Notes: a model not told the origin generated them from the letters alone. DNA of 63,309 bases, filler included, from Octopus bimaculoides (GCF_001194135.2; 5 parts of 5 records of this genome joined end to end with filler, not necessarily neighbours in it); one strand, 5' to 3'. Positions 25,104 to 39,058 are shown, numbered from the whole stretch's first letter. Program-made: numbers and translations.

Positions 25104-25989
25104 ATGCACGAAGAACTTAAGCGTACTGCTCAAAAGCGCACTGCTGGTGTAGTGATTGGGGAAAGCTTGGTTTGCAATGTTTGTATTCGGGTATGATTGT
25201 CAAGAGCAGGGCTCATTAGCCACCAACGGAGCCGCAAATGCAAAATATAAGTTAGCCCTAGAGCGCACAATGTTCCTGAAGGTCAGCAATGGTCTTCTTA
25301 GGTCACGAGTGGACGGCCACCATATGTATACACACACGGTGTGTATACATACAGGCAGTCCTTTTTTAACAAAAATAAGGTGACAAAAGAGTTACCGTTA
25401 CTTATCGTTTGATTACCATACTCTAGACCTAACATAACGCCAAGTTTAACACCCGGCCATCGGTCATTGAGGGTATTTAGCCATTTGGCTATTGTTGAGA
25501 GCTTTTGAAAAATGAACATTTTCTCAGCTCCCACTCCACCCATTTTGTTTTCGTTTGCCTGCAGGCATTGAAATGCAGATATTTACGATTGGTATAGGTT
25601 GCGTTCATCGCGCTAAAGTGGGAGAGAAACAGTTAAGTTTGAGACTTCTCATCAATGACTAACTTAAACAAAAGCAAAGAAACTATCAGATACCTACCTC
25701 TCTACACTCATCATTGTAAGCGTCATAACAGAGCAAATCATGGAGACATTTTGTACATAGTGAACCATTTTACACAGCACGAAACCCATTGTCCAGGTAA
25801 ATGAGAAAAAGGCGATTCCCTGCAAAGAATACAAGAAAAGTTAAAAGACTGAATAATTTTTGATACTAATTAGCAATAGTCTCTTTTACAAATGAACAAA
25901 GGACATCATCAAAGCAGAAGTCAATTGACGCAAGCTGAGATACAGAAGTATATACAGGTTAGAGCATAAATTAGGATGGAGAATATTCT

Positions 25990-26150
25990 TTTCTACTCTA
26001 GGCACAAGGCCCGAAATTTTAGGGGAAGGAGCCAGTCGATTAGATCGACCCCAGTACGCAACTGGAACTTAATTTATCGACCCTGAAAGGATGAGAGCAA
26101 AGTCGACCTCGGCGGAATTTGAACTCAGGACGTAAAGACAGACGAAATAA
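25990..26150 (-). mobile_element. SINE family B copy
   Basis: agtcgattagatcgaccccagtacgcaactgg...gaaaggatgagagcaaagtcgacctcggcggaatttgaactcag. Confidence 0.8.
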
Positions 26151-26277
26151 GACGGAGGATATTATAAGAGTACTTTACAGGTTATAAACGGTATAAATAA
26201 TTTTCTTAAAGCCCAAAACAACGCAAGTTATAAGAAAAAACCCTAAAAATATAGATCGTTGATGAGTACTATTATGC

Positions 26278-26359
26278 GGTATTTCAATATTTTAGGTTTA
26301 AGACCCCTCCTCAGGAAATTACTAGAGAAGGGGTCTTGACTATGAAATATTGAAATACC
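26278..26359. ncRNA. 82-nt palindrome made of two head-to-head damaged minimal hammerhead motifs
   Basis: Minus strand: ATTTC CTGAGGA GGGGTCTTAAACCT AAAA TATT GAAAT. Plus strand: ATTA CTAGAGAA GGGGTCTTGACTAT GAAA TATT GAAAT. Confidence 0.55.
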
Positions 26360-27645
26360 AGGTAAAATAATATAGTTAAAAACATTTAAATACATCAGAC
26401 AATGCTTCATGAAAACTGTACAACTCTATGATAGTGTACATCAAATTAAAAAAATATTGTAATGTATATTATATAATGTACTTTACAGTATCTTTACGAC
26501 ATGATAAAATGTAATGAAAACATAAATATTTACACTATTTTTCCACAAGAATTTCTGGAAATTTTTAAATGAGTTGACAGTATTGAAAAGTGATTATCTA
26601 TACATTGATTACAGTAGACTGCTTCCACTTACAAAACCAGTAACAGTAGATGAACTGAAGATGGTGATTGAACGAGGAATCGCATGAAGAGCAAAAGGAA
26701 TGGTTCTTCAAGTTTTCCATCCCACTGTTTCGCGTTATCAGTAAATGTCTAGATCAGAACAGTCGTCAGTTTGAAAGCAGATGTTCATAAAATGATTAAA
26801 ATTCTGTTTGTAGATTCTATTAGCTTTTGAAAATGAAATAAATTTAAGAAACAGTTGGAAGTTATGTACATGGTATTGCCATAGGCCGTAATGGTGATGT
26901 TGGTGTTGATAACACCGATAGAAGATACCGTGTGTGTGTATGTGTGAGAGAGAGAGAGAGAAATAAAGAGATAGATGAATAGATAGATAGATTGATAGAT
27001 AGATAGATAGATAGATAGAGAGGAGATTGGGATGTGAGCAGAGACAAAGTGTGATTTGGAAATAGTGGAAACACATTAAATAAACACGTTAGATAAAGAA
27101 AAAGAGACAGAAAGTATGACCAGGTATTCTAAGATGGAAGAGGAGGAGGAGGAGAGTAAGTTACAATAAACAAGTGAAAGAGTGGGAGAAAATTGGGAGA
27201 TTTGAATTTGAAGATGGAAGGTGACATAAAGAATTTGAAGATGTAGCAAAGTGTTTGATGTCACTTTATCTTTAGTTATCGCAGTGACATAATTAATCCT
27301 CTCTTTAATTAATTAATTAATTAATCCTCTCTTTGAGTTGATTTGAAGTGTTTGTGAAGTGTATTAATGCAGTCTCATCTAAAAATATTTTTTTCATTAC
27401 ATAACGGAAAAATGCTTGCAGCTTCCCTATAAGTATAGTAATGTTTGCATGTGTATACACACACACATACACACAGACACATAGACACACACGCACAAAC
27501 ACAGACACAGACACATATTTGCATGCATGTATGTGTAACTAAGTATAAATCCATATTTAAAGAGTATGCGAGTGTCAGTGAGTAACTACGGATGGAGTCA
27601 TGTCAAAATTCTTGCTACATTAGCAGATAAATTGTTTGGCATTCT

Positions 27646-27695
<50 letters not shown>

Positions 27696-28944
27696 GACAT
27701 ATACATACACATCCACACACACACAAACACACTCACACGTAGATGTAGCTATGTATATATGTATGTATCTATCTATATACACGTACCTACATACACTCAT
27801 ACACACACATACACACACATGCACACATGTTCATTTAGTGTTTTTCCTGGTTACTGGATTGTGTTATGTCGGGGAACAACCTCCAAAGTTTTTCACCCAA
27901 TAAGAATTATTTTTGATCTTGGTACCTATTTTATCAATGATTATTTATCGAGCCGCCATTTTAATATACACGAACAACATCACCGGTTTGAAGATTTTGC
28001 AAATGAAATTCCTTTGATCACAAGTCTGTTCCATCAGGGTTGAACTGATGCTAATTTATATAATCAACCTTAAGTAGATGAAAAGCAAAAAATCGATATC
28101 TGAATACACTAATTTGTTTACTTCTTCCCGTCTCCCTTTCGGCTGTCATTATTGATCACATATCTTTTTATGTTTACTAAACAACACCACTCCCATATAG
28201 TATTACGTCAAGTGTGTAGCTAATCTTGACATAGCCTTAACCTATTGATAAAACTTTTTTTTTTTATCGAAGGAGTAAATAGAATCTCTTTATGTGTGTT
28301 TGTCTGTCTCTTTCTCCCATTGTATGTCTTTGGTTCTTCTTTTCTTTCTTGGATCATGCGATGGATTAAGTTTTAATATGCAGCACTACCGCAATTTGAT
28401 ACAGCGGAGACATTTCTCTTCATGAGATATACTTTGGATCTTGTAAAGAGTAAAAATGAAAAGACAACAAAGAGATAAATTAGAAATATATTATTTCGGT
28501 AGAAAATCTGCATTATCAGTAAGCTGTGGCATAACCGTCTATAACCTGAAATATCAACGTGATAATGAAGAAGACTGAACAGTAAAGCTTGTAAAAATAT
28601 GAAATGACGAAAGTTAATACGTTTGTTACAGAGTACAAGTTCATATGTAAGAGATATGAGCGATTAGTTATTCAATTGTTGGTTGATGTACAAAATGTTT
28701 ATTGTTTCAAGCATTCAACTAGATATGATCGGTTAAAAAGTCGGCAAAAAGGAAACACTTTTGTTGATGTAGCAATGTATAAATATTAAAACACTATGTA
28801 TGTGTAAGGAAACCAGCAAAAATTAGGACTAATGGATTTAACAAGAGATTGTGGCTCTATGTTATAATGAAAAAGAAAAACCAAAACAAAAACAAAACTA
28901 CCCGAATTATTTGCTGATAGGTACATTATTAGTCTAGGATAGCT

Positions 28945-28979
28945 TAGGTTGAAAAGAGACCAATGTCGAAACGTTGCTT
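28945..28979 (+). ncRNA. Degenerate minimal hammerhead-like motif (U3-A8 core)
   Basis: TTGAAAA GA GAC-CAAT-GTC GAAA CGTT; stem I is poorly paired. Confidence 0.35.
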
Positions 28980-29499
28980 GTCCCAAACTTCCCTTATGTT
29001 AATGAATGTAGTATGTTGTGAGGATATATAAATATCTTTATTAGAGAATTTATTTATCACATCAGATCTCCAGGCTAAAGCTAAACATTGGTGCCATCAA
29101 GTAGTCGCTAAATCAAAACACACAAATATCATTGTTAGATTCCTTTCAAGCACAAAGCAAAACAAAATACGAAGAGACACGAGGGTATACTTCCTTTTAT
29201 ACAATGATGTTTCTGTGTATTCATGATTTTGTTTAGACTGCGAGAGACATACAAATCTTGAGTGATTCTAATCGCTTGAGCATTTGAGGTTGCGAGTGCC
29301 TCCTACAAAATGTTTAATGATGTTCCTTCTGACTCTTTATGCACTGAGTTCAAATGCTGCCGAAATCAACATTGCCTTTCGTTACTTCAGGTTCCATAAA
29401 ATACACAGAAAAGGAGCAGTCAGGTATTGGAGTCGAGGTACTTGAATAGCCCTTCCCTCACATATACATATACACGTATGTATGTATAAATATATATAT

Positions 29500-29556
<57 letters not shown>

Positions 29557-31629
29557 NNNNNNNNNNNNNNNNNNNNNNNNNNNNNNNNNNNNNNNNNNNN
29601 NNNNNNNNNNNNNNNNNNNNNNNNNNNNNNNNNNNNNNNNNNNNNNNNNNNNNNNNNNNNNNNNNNNNNNNNNNNNNNNNNNNNNNNNNNNNNNNNNNNN
29701 NNNNNNNNNNNNNNNNNNNNNNNNNNNNNNNNNNNNNNNNNNNNNNNNNNNNNNNNNNNNNNNNNNNNNNNNNNNNNNNNNNNNNNNNNNNNNNNNNNNN
29801 NNNNNNNNNNNNNNNNNNNNNNNNNNNNNNGTGTATGTGTGTGTGTGTTTGTGAGTGTGTGAATGTGTGTGTTTGTGAGTGTGTGTGTTTTATACCTTAA
29901 GGTCAATATGACAAAAAAACATATGAAAAAAATACCAAAAATTGTAAATAAATATTCGATACGTGCTAGACATGTCAACATCGGTAATTAAGAAATTTGA
30001 TTTCAAGTACTACGATTTTCAAAATGTTACATTTCACTTAAATTATCGGAAGCGTATGAAGTTGGTGACATTTGACTTTCAGTCTCCACGAAAGTCAAAA
30101 AAATTTATTATTTTTCTAAAAGTAGATTCTCAGGAAGTTGGCCTTGTACAATTTACAATGTTCCACAAAAAAAAAAAGAAAAAGAAAAAAATTCTTCTTT
30201 GTATCAGGTTTTTAATGACAATTTAAAATCGAAAACATTTCAAAACAATATTATATTTATTTATATATATTTGTGTGTGTCTGTCAGAATGCATGTATTG
30301 GTTTTGATTTACTGTTAGGTGACTATTAGCCAATACGGTATATNNNNNNNNNNNNNNNNNNNNNNNNNNNNNNNNNNNNNNNNNNNNNNNNNNNNNNNNN
30401 NNNNNNNNNNNNNNNNNNNNNNNNNNNNNNNNNNNNNNNNNNNNNNNNNNNNNNNNNNNNNNNNNNNNNNNNNNNNNNNNNNNNNNNNNNNNNNNNNNNN
30501 NNNNNNNNNNNNNNNNNNNNNNNNNNNNNNNNNNNNNNNNNNNNNNNNNNNNNNNNNNNNNNNNNNNNNNNNNNNNNNNNNNNNNNNNNNNNNNNNNNNN
30601 NNNNNNNNNNNNNNNNNNNNNNNNNNNNNNNNNNNNNNNNNNNNNNNNNNNNNNNNNNNNNNNNNNNNNNNNNNNNNNNNNNNNNNNNNNNNNNNNNNNN
30701 NNNNNNNNNNNNNNNNNNNNNNNNNNNNNNNNNNNNNNNNNNNNNNNNNNNNNNNNNNNNNNNNNNNNNNNNNNNNNNNNNNNNNNNNNNNNNNNNNNNN
30801 NNNNNNNNNNNNNNNNNNNNNNNNNNNNNNNNNNNNNNNNNNNNNNNNNNNNNNNNNNNNNNNNNNNNNNNNNNNNNNNNNNNNNNNNNNNNNNNNNNNN
30901 NNNNNNNNNNNNNNNNNNNNNNNNNNNNNNNNNNNNNNNNNNNNNNNNNNNNNNNNNNNNNNNNNNNNTATATATATACGCATATATGTATATATTTAAT
31001 AAGTGTATACAAAGTATATATGTTTGTGTGTGCGTGTGTTTCTCTGTGTGTGTGTGTGTATATGTATATGTATACGCACACACAACCCATAATCATTTCC
31101 TGGACTCAGCCAATTGCCTGCAGTTATTCAGAAGTATTGGCTTGAATGATTTTGCTTGCTCATATCTATTCTGAGACTTATTTTAAAGTCTGGTGCGTAA
31201 CATAGCGATTATTATCAGTGGTTGCGCCACTAAATTACGTACATAAACAAAAATGAAGGATTTTTTTTTGCCATGTGATATGAAACATATTGAATATGGT
31301 ATCGAACGATATCAAATGAATTGAAGACAGACATATAAATAGACGTTTACTGATTTCCGACAGATGCGATAAAATAAGTACTTAGATTTCAATCACATAC
31401 AAACAGACACACCTACACACTCATGCAAACACATACATACCTACTACTAGCTCCCGCAAAGTTTTCGTTGATGCATTTCACTCTCAGATTTTTTGCGACT
31501 TAGCAGAAGACACTGGTTAAATGTACCCACGCGTCGGGGTTCAATCCGAGAGCATACAGTGGCGAAGCGACCTCTTACTTGCACAGCAATATACATACAT
31601 AGATACGTATATACATACATATGTATACA

Positions 31630-31800
31630 CACTATTGGGGCACTGGTATATGTAACACACTGCCTAAATGCCAAGCTTGAGAAATTAGGCTTCTTAAAGC
31701 TAGAAAAGAGAAAGCTGATTCGAAGTCTACAGACCCTGGCCATCGTTGGAACTGTGAAAATCTGGAAAACTTTCCAGAAGTTTATCATTTAAGTATATAT
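31630..31800 (+). mobile_element. 3' end fragment of the RLE LINE subfamily seen at 21510-21995
   Basis: IGALVYVTHCLNAKLEKLGFLKLEKRKLIRSLQTLAIVGTVKIWKTFQKFII* aligns with 21830-21990. Confidence 0.85.
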
Positions 31801-32459
31801 GAGTATGTCTAGACATACAACAGTATGCATGTGATTAAAAGATATCTCATAAAAATACAGGGACAATTTTTATCTTTCAAATCTACAGCACTCCAAAAGA
31901 TGTATAAATGATTACGGGGCAAACAAAGAAAAGAAAAAGGGTGGACGGACGACTCCTCTTTGAAGTGTCGGCATTTTCGACTTGAGTTTTTTTTTTTTCT
32001 TGAAGGAAGAAATGACTATTTTATTTGTAATCTTTATCACCTTAATGAAATGGCAGGAAAACAGACATTAATTTGAATTTTAGTATAATATAGATGGGAA
32101 GACGTAGTTTGTAGCATGACTGATCTCTACGGAACGGGTATTTATTTAACAAAACATTTCGTTCGATCTTTAGGTTGCTTTCTCCGAGAATCAGAAAAGC
32201 GAGTAAGCGCAAGTAAAGTCGGAATTATTTTGTATAAGTTTTGCGAATTTGATGAGAAGGAAACTGATCTGTTTGACAATGGCATTTATAACGGTATTAT
32301 ATAAATTGGCTTCGCTGCCTTTTCGCTTTCATTTCTGTCAAAATCTGTCTACGAGGTGGTAATTATGAAATATCGTTTCCTTCGTCTTTTGTTCTCTATA
32401 TCACTTCAAAATGAAAGCGGCCAGGCAAATAACTCTGTTGTAACATAGATGATAATCCG

Positions 32460-32669
32460 TATATTTCTCGCGCCTTCTCTTTCTATCTCTCCCTGTCTCT
32501 CTCTCTGTCTCTCTTTCTCTGTCTGTCTCTCTCTGTCTGTCTCTCTCTGTCTGTCTCTCTCTGTCTCTCTCTCTCTCCCTCTCTCTCATGCTCTCTCGCT
32601 AACAACAACAACAACAACAAGAACTACAGCAACTACAAAAACATCGAAATAAAAACAACAACACTGAAG

Positions 32670-32718
<49 letters not shown>

Positions 32719-33129
32719 GAAGAAGAAGAAGAAGAAACGGAAGAAACAAGTAGAAGAAAAGGAAGAAGAAATGGAAAAAGCAAGAAGAAAAAGAAAAAAA
32801 GCAAGAAGTAGAACAGAAGAAAAAGAAGAAGAAACAAGAAATAAGAAGAATAATAAGAATGAGAAGGAAAAAAAGAAGAGGAAGTAACAGAAAAAGCAAG
32901 AAGATAAAGAAGAAACGAAGTTTAATNNNNNNNNNNAAGAAGAAGAAGTAAAACAAGAAGAAACAAGATGAGGAATGTCTGGGGAAGAGGAGAAATACAT
33001 GAAACAAAGAAGGAAGAGAAAGAAGAGGAAGAATTGGAGGGAGAAGAATTAGGATGAAGGAAGAGTATGAAATAACGAAGAGCAACAACAGATGAACAGC
33101 ATCAGTATGAGTAAAAGTGGCATCATCAT

Positions 33130-33170
<41 letters not shown>

Positions 33171-33300
33171 GCGATTCAGCCACCACCAGCACCACCGACA
33201 ACAACACCAGCACCTCATCAGCACCACTACCGCCACTAACATTAAAGCCTCCACCACCACCAACAACAACAATTACAACCACAACAACAAAAACGATACT
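32460..33300. repeat. Compound simple-repeat block: (CT)n, (AAC)n, (AAT)n, AAG-rich, (CAT)n(CAG)n, (CAC/AAC)n
   Basis: Read directly from the sequence; source of the poly-amino-acid ORFs. Confidence 0.9.
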
Positions 33301-33551
33301 GAGTAATTATTTGTAAAATCTGAATAAAGAGAGACAATCCAATCAACAAATTGTATCATTTTCGATAAACAAACGGAATTGAAACTGCAAACATGGCTGA
33401 ACAACAAAGCTGGCGACGAAGACTGATAGAAAACAAAATTCTGAGATAATTTTGTTCGCGTCGTTTTTTCCATTCATTCAACATAACAATTGCCTTACAA
33501 AATGTATCATTATGATAATAACAACAACATTAAAATAATAACCACCATCAA

Positions 33552-33629
<78 letters not shown>

Positions 33630-33834
33630 CATTATTATTATTATTATCATTTACATTCTCCNNNNNNNNNNTCATTAGTATTCAAAAAAATCAAAAATTT
33701 ACAACCAAAAAAAAAAAAGAATTGCAAAAAAAAAACACATCCTTTTCTGGAACGAAGAAGACTATCAATCTGTTAGTAATATTATCATCATCATCATCAT
33801 CGTCATCATCATCGTTATCATCATCATCACCCCA

Positions 33835-34210
33835 AGGCACATATAGAACGACTTTACCTGCCAAGAAAATCGGGTGGCCGTGGACTTTTACAACTGGAAC
33901 TAAATTTGCCACAGTTGGGCTAAACATCTATCTGAAAAACTCTGAGAACTGGATGTTAAAACTTATCTTAAAGCATGAAAATAGAAAAGCATCATACTCA
34001 GTAACAAAACAGGCAAAGAAATATCTAAGTGAATTCCAAATACAAGAAATCCCTGAATTAGTCTTACTGGAAACAAGCACAGAAAAAGCTAAGCGTATGA
34101 AAACCCGTGCTAAAACTGATGCCTTAGATATTCTGACTGATAAATGACAAGAAAAACCTCTCAATGGCAAATACCCAAAGAGAGCTAATATGCCAATGTT
34201 GACAAAGCCC
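33835..34210 (+). mobile_element. R4/Dong-like LINE post-RT region fragment
   Basis: RLYLPAKKIGGRGLLQLELN, then WMLKLILKHE...KQAKKYL...QEKPLNGKYPKRAN, which overlaps the peptide starting the 20695 fragment. Confidence 0.75.
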
Positions 34211-35114
34211 AAAGTGTTAGTTTAGGGTGCTGTTTAGAACTCCTCCAACNNNNNNNNNNNNNNNNNNNNNNNNNNNNNNNNNNNNNNNNNNNNNNNNNNN
34301 NNNNNNNNNNNNNNNNNNNNNNNNNNNNNNNNNNNNNNNNNNNNNNNNNNNNNNNNNNNNNNNNNNNNNNNNNNNNNNNNNNNNNNNNNNNNNNNNNNNN
34401 NNNNNNNNNNNNNNNNNNNNNNNNNNNNNNNNNNNNNNNNNNNNNNNNNNNNNNNNNNNNNNNNNNNNNNNNNNNNNNNNNNNNNNNNNNNNNNNNNNNN
34501 NNNNNNNNNNNNNNNNNNNNNNNNNNNNNNNNNNNNNNNNNNNNNNNNNNNNNNNNNNNNNNNNNNNNNNNNNNNNNNNNNNNNNNNNNNNNNNNNNNNN
34601 NNNNNNNNNNNNNNNNNNNNNNNNNNNNNNNNNNNNNNNNNNNNNNNNNNNNNNNNNNNNNNNNNNNNNNNNNNNNNNNNNNNNNNNNNNNNNNNNNNNN
34701 NNNNNNNNNNNNNNNNNNNNNNNNNNNNNNNNNNNNNNNNNNNNNNNNNNNNNNNNNNNNNNNNNNNNNNNNNNNNNNNNNNNNNNNNNNNNNNNNNNNN
34801 NNNNNNNNNNNNNNNNNNNNNNNNNNNNNNNNNNNNNNNNNNNNNNNNNNNNNNNNNNNNNNNNNNNNNNNNNNNNNNNNNNNNNNNNNNNNNNNNNNNN
34901 NNNNNNNNNNNNNNNNNNNNNNNNNNNNNNNNNNNNNNNNNNNNNNNNNNNNNNNNNNNNNNNNNNNNNNNNNNNNNNNNNNNNNNNNNNNNNNNNNNNN
35001 NNNNNNNNNNNNNNNNNNNNNNNNNNNNNNNNNNNNNNNNNNNNNNNNNNNNNNNNNNNNNNNNNNNNNNNNNNNNNNNNNNNNNNNNNNNNNNNNNNNN
35101 NNNNNNNNNNNNNN

Positions 35115-35160
<46 letters not shown>

Positions 35161-36938
35161 TACCATTATCGAGAAGTTGAAACTGTTTAGTCATAGATCA
35201 CTAACTAAAATGCATGCCTAATGATCAAGGGTAGTGTAACCGAAGCATATGAAGGAAATTAATTGTTAGTAGCGATGAGGTGCCGTGGTTTGATGGATGT
35301 GTGGGTCTGTAGTCTCTTTCACTCTCTCTTTGCCTCTCTTGCAATATGACTAATACAAATAGGAGCTCCTCTTAGGGACACCTTAATCTCCTATTTATCT
35401 GTGCATATTACTTCAAAATGTGATAACTACAAAATGAGGCATGTTTACGTTTTTGGAGGATGAGAATAACAAACATAAAAATAAAAAAAAGCAGTGGTAC
35501 GGCAGTAACGTGAAAGCGGTATGTGCGAAACATTTCATTCATTCTGTTTTCAAATTTTGTTACTGCTGTCTTTACATTTCATTTCTCCGGGGAATGATAT
35601 ACAGATTATGTATTGTGAGCAGTTCAGTCGATTACACTAGTTCATTTGTTCCAATGTAATAGATCGTTCTAATTAATATTGAAACAAGCAACGTATATAG
35701 CGGAGGAGATTATCAACTTTGTGATGATCGAGTTTTCCAGACTAGTTTGTTGCTGGTGCTGTCGATAGTTTAATGAATTTTATTTTAGCTGACACTATTT
35801 TGGGAAGAACTGTTGCGTTATGAAACAATTATTTGGCTATAATTTACTTTACATTTGAAGCCTGAAATACAAGAACTTTCTCGAATATTAATCAAGTTTG
35901 TCGAGGCAATGTTTGTACAGTTGCAAGTTAGGAGAAAGTTAGAAGATTGATAAAAGAAAGTTAACAGCAGAAAGAGCTATGGAGAAATTAACAATGACTG
36001 CATGCTTCCTATTATTTCGTATTTATCCGTATACGTCTAGCTGCAAATAATTTGTTTTTGTAATTACTCTAACAGTTTTACGTTGTTGTAACAAGCTTTA
36101 CTGTCTGGAGTTATCAACTAGACATTTTAGAAGGACAATCCGTTACAGGCAAAGACTGGTTATAACCTACCACAATCGCATTCAACTATTATGTTCCGTT
36201 ATCATCTTGAAGCGCTCATTATTGTCCTTGTATCTCACATCAGCGTTCGTTACGCAGGTCAACAAGAAAGCATTTCAGCGATCGCTCTACGTGGTGTACG
36301 ATAGATTTCTCTGTTACTCTCTTAAAATATTAAGAGCAGGTCTGTAAGTAAACATTCAATTGATCATTGAACATAGGTGTTTTCTGGGCGGGAGTCACCC
36401 AGGCTTAAACAAAAACTATTGGTCAGTGTATTCAACTGGTATTATATTTTATCGGCAACTGAAAGGTTAAGGCGAATTCCAAGGACATCATGCTCGATAA
36501 TGACTTGTCCAACAATGAACAACTTCTGAATGCAGTTTGACTTCAACGAAACATTCCCTTCACTGCTACAGTTGGAATAATTTACTCAAGGTACAGCGCA
36601 GTGGAATTGAACCTAAAAACACATGGCTATTACAAAGCGAGCTTTTTAACCACACATCTATCTATCTATCTATCTATATATATGTATAATTAACATAATA
36701 TGGTAAAAATTCGATATTAATTAATATCAATTTAATACCAGGAAACTAGCACATTAAAAGATTATAGTACTTGTGTATATAAGATTGACCAGTGACCGGT
36801 CTGTCAAAATGCTAGAAGAAGCTCACTTAAGTGAGCTTATGTATATATGTATATATATATATATTTACATATACACACACATTCATATGTGTATATGTAT
36901 ATCTATATATCTATCTATCTACCTAACTACCTAACTAC

Positions 36939-36975
<37 letters not shown>

Positions 36976-36985
36976 NNNNNNNNNN

Positions 36986-37021
<36 letters not shown>

Positions 37022-37256
37022 GTTCTTTTCAGGCAGTAATTTCCACACTGCCACTTGCGTGAAATTCTATATTCCTTCTATTTTCTTTTTTTTTATATTG
37101 TTCTTATATATATTCTCTTTCTGTAATTCTTTATTATGTCATCATTCTCTAAACATTCAGACGTACATACATACACACGTACATACATGCATACATACAC
37201 ACACGTACATACATACATACATATATATATATATGTCTATATATACACACACACTT

Positions 37257-37311
<55 letters not shown>

Positions 37312-38200
37312 TACATATACATACATANNNNNNNNNNNNNNNNNNNNNNNNNNNNNNNNNNNNNNNNNNNNNNNNNNNNNNNNNNNNNNNNNNNNNNNNN
37401 NNNNNNNNNNNNNNNNNNNNNNNNNNNNNNNNNNNNNNNNNNNNNNNNNNNNNNNNNNNNNNNNNNNNNNNNNNNNNNNNNNNNNNNNNNNNNNNNNNNN
37501 NNNNNNNNNNNNNNNNNNNNNNNNNNNNNNNNNNNNNNNNNNNNNNNNNNNNNNNNNNNNNNNNNNNNNNNNNNNNNNNNNNNNNNNNNNNNNNNNNNNN
37601 NNNNNNNNNNNNNNNNNNNNNNNNNNNNNNNNNNNNNNNNNNNNNNNNNNNNNNNNNNNNNNNNNNNNNNNNNNNNNNNNNNNNNNNNNNNNNNNNNNNN
37701 NNNNNNNNNNNNNNNNNNNNNNNNNNNNNNNNNNNNNNNNNNNNNNNNNNNNNNNNNNNNNNNNNNNNNNNNNNNNNNNNNNNNNNNNNNNNNNNNNNNN
37801 NNNNNNNNNNNNNNNNNNNNNNNNNNNNNNNNNNNNNNNNNNNNNNNNNNNNNNNNNNNNNNNNNNNNNNNNNNNNNNNNNNNNNNNNNNNNNNNNNNNN
37901 NNNNNNNNNNNNNNNNNNNNNNNNNNNNNNNNNNNNNNNNNNNNNNNNNNNNNNNNNNNNNNNNNNNNNNNNNNNNNNNNNNNNNNNNNNNNNNNNNNNN
38001 NNNNNNNNNNNNNNNNNNNNNNNNNNNNNNNNNNNNNNNNNNNNNNNNNNNNNNNNNNNNNNNNNNNNNNNNNNNNNNNNNNNNNNNNNNTAAAATTAAC
38101 GTCAACCGGATTTGAAATTTGAATGTAAGGAACGGTCGGAAGAAATACCACCACAAGTAATTTTTTCCGACGCTCTCATGGCTCTGGCAGTTAACTGTAC

Positions 38201-38257
<57 letters not shown>

Positions 38258-38264
38258 GTAATAA

Positions 38265-38815
38265 GCCGGCTATCTCCGTTGCTTTTCATTCTCTGCATGA
38301 TAGCCCTGACTCTGGTACTCAGGAAAATGAAGCTGCGGTACCAACTAAAGGAACATTCTCAAACAATCAACCACCTCCTCTTCATGGATGATTTGAAACT
38401 GTATGGCAAAGATGAGGCCAAAGTGAGTTCCTTGGTGAACACGGTCCACTATTTTAGTAATGATTTTAGAATGGAATTTGGACTCAAGATGTTCAGAGTA
38501 ATCTACCTAAAAAGAGACAAGGTACAGTCCCTGGCAGGGATAGAATTACCGAATTATGCAAATTGAAATGGAAGGATACAAATACATAGGTGTAACGTGA
38601 TAATGAAAGAGCAGCTGAGGATGGAGTATTTCCGAAGACTGAGGTTGGTGTTGCGCTCAAAATTGACTGGATGGAATAAAATCCAAGCTATTAATACGTG
38701 GAGGACAACATCACTTCGGTACAGAGCGGGAATTATAAAATAGCAAATCAGAGAAATGAAGAAAACGGATACCAAGACCAGAAATATGTTGACACTACAC
38801 GGAGAGTGACTCCGA
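38265..38815 (+). mobile_element. R4/Dong-like LINE RT core fragment
   Basis: SPLLFILCMIALT...INHLLFMDDLKLYGKDEAKV...EFGLK, then YKYIG, RLRLVLRSKL, KIQAINTW; preceded directly by (AAT)n. Confidence 0.88.
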
Positions 38816-38958
38816 TAGGCTGTAGTTTTCCAGAAGAAAGGGTGGGGTTTCAACTCATTAATAAGTGAATATTTCATGCCATCCTTTATGTACATTAGCT
38901 GACTTATGTATGTACACACAAAAATATGTATATGAGTCTACACACACACACACACACA

Positions 38959-39058
38959 NNNNNNNNNNNNNNNNNNNNNNNNNNNNNNNNNNNNNNNNNN
39001 NNTTAATTAATTAANNNNNNNNNNNNNNNNNNNNNNNNNNNNNNNNNNNNNNNNNNNN
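38959..39058. other. Assembly linker 44N-TTAATTAATTAA-44N
   Basis: Same 100-bp layout. Confidence 0.95.

Noticed and set aside
27295-27340. Direct repeat aattaatcctctcttt around (TAAT)n containing TTAATTAATTAA
   Set aside because: No flanking Ns; a local slippage duplication, not a linker or a CRISPR-like unit.
33115-33303. His/Gln/Thr/Asn-rich frame resembling a low-complexity transcription-factor region
   Set aside because: Bounded by stops, no ATG, and the upstream sequence is purine-rich with no acceptor; explained by compound trinucleotide repeats.
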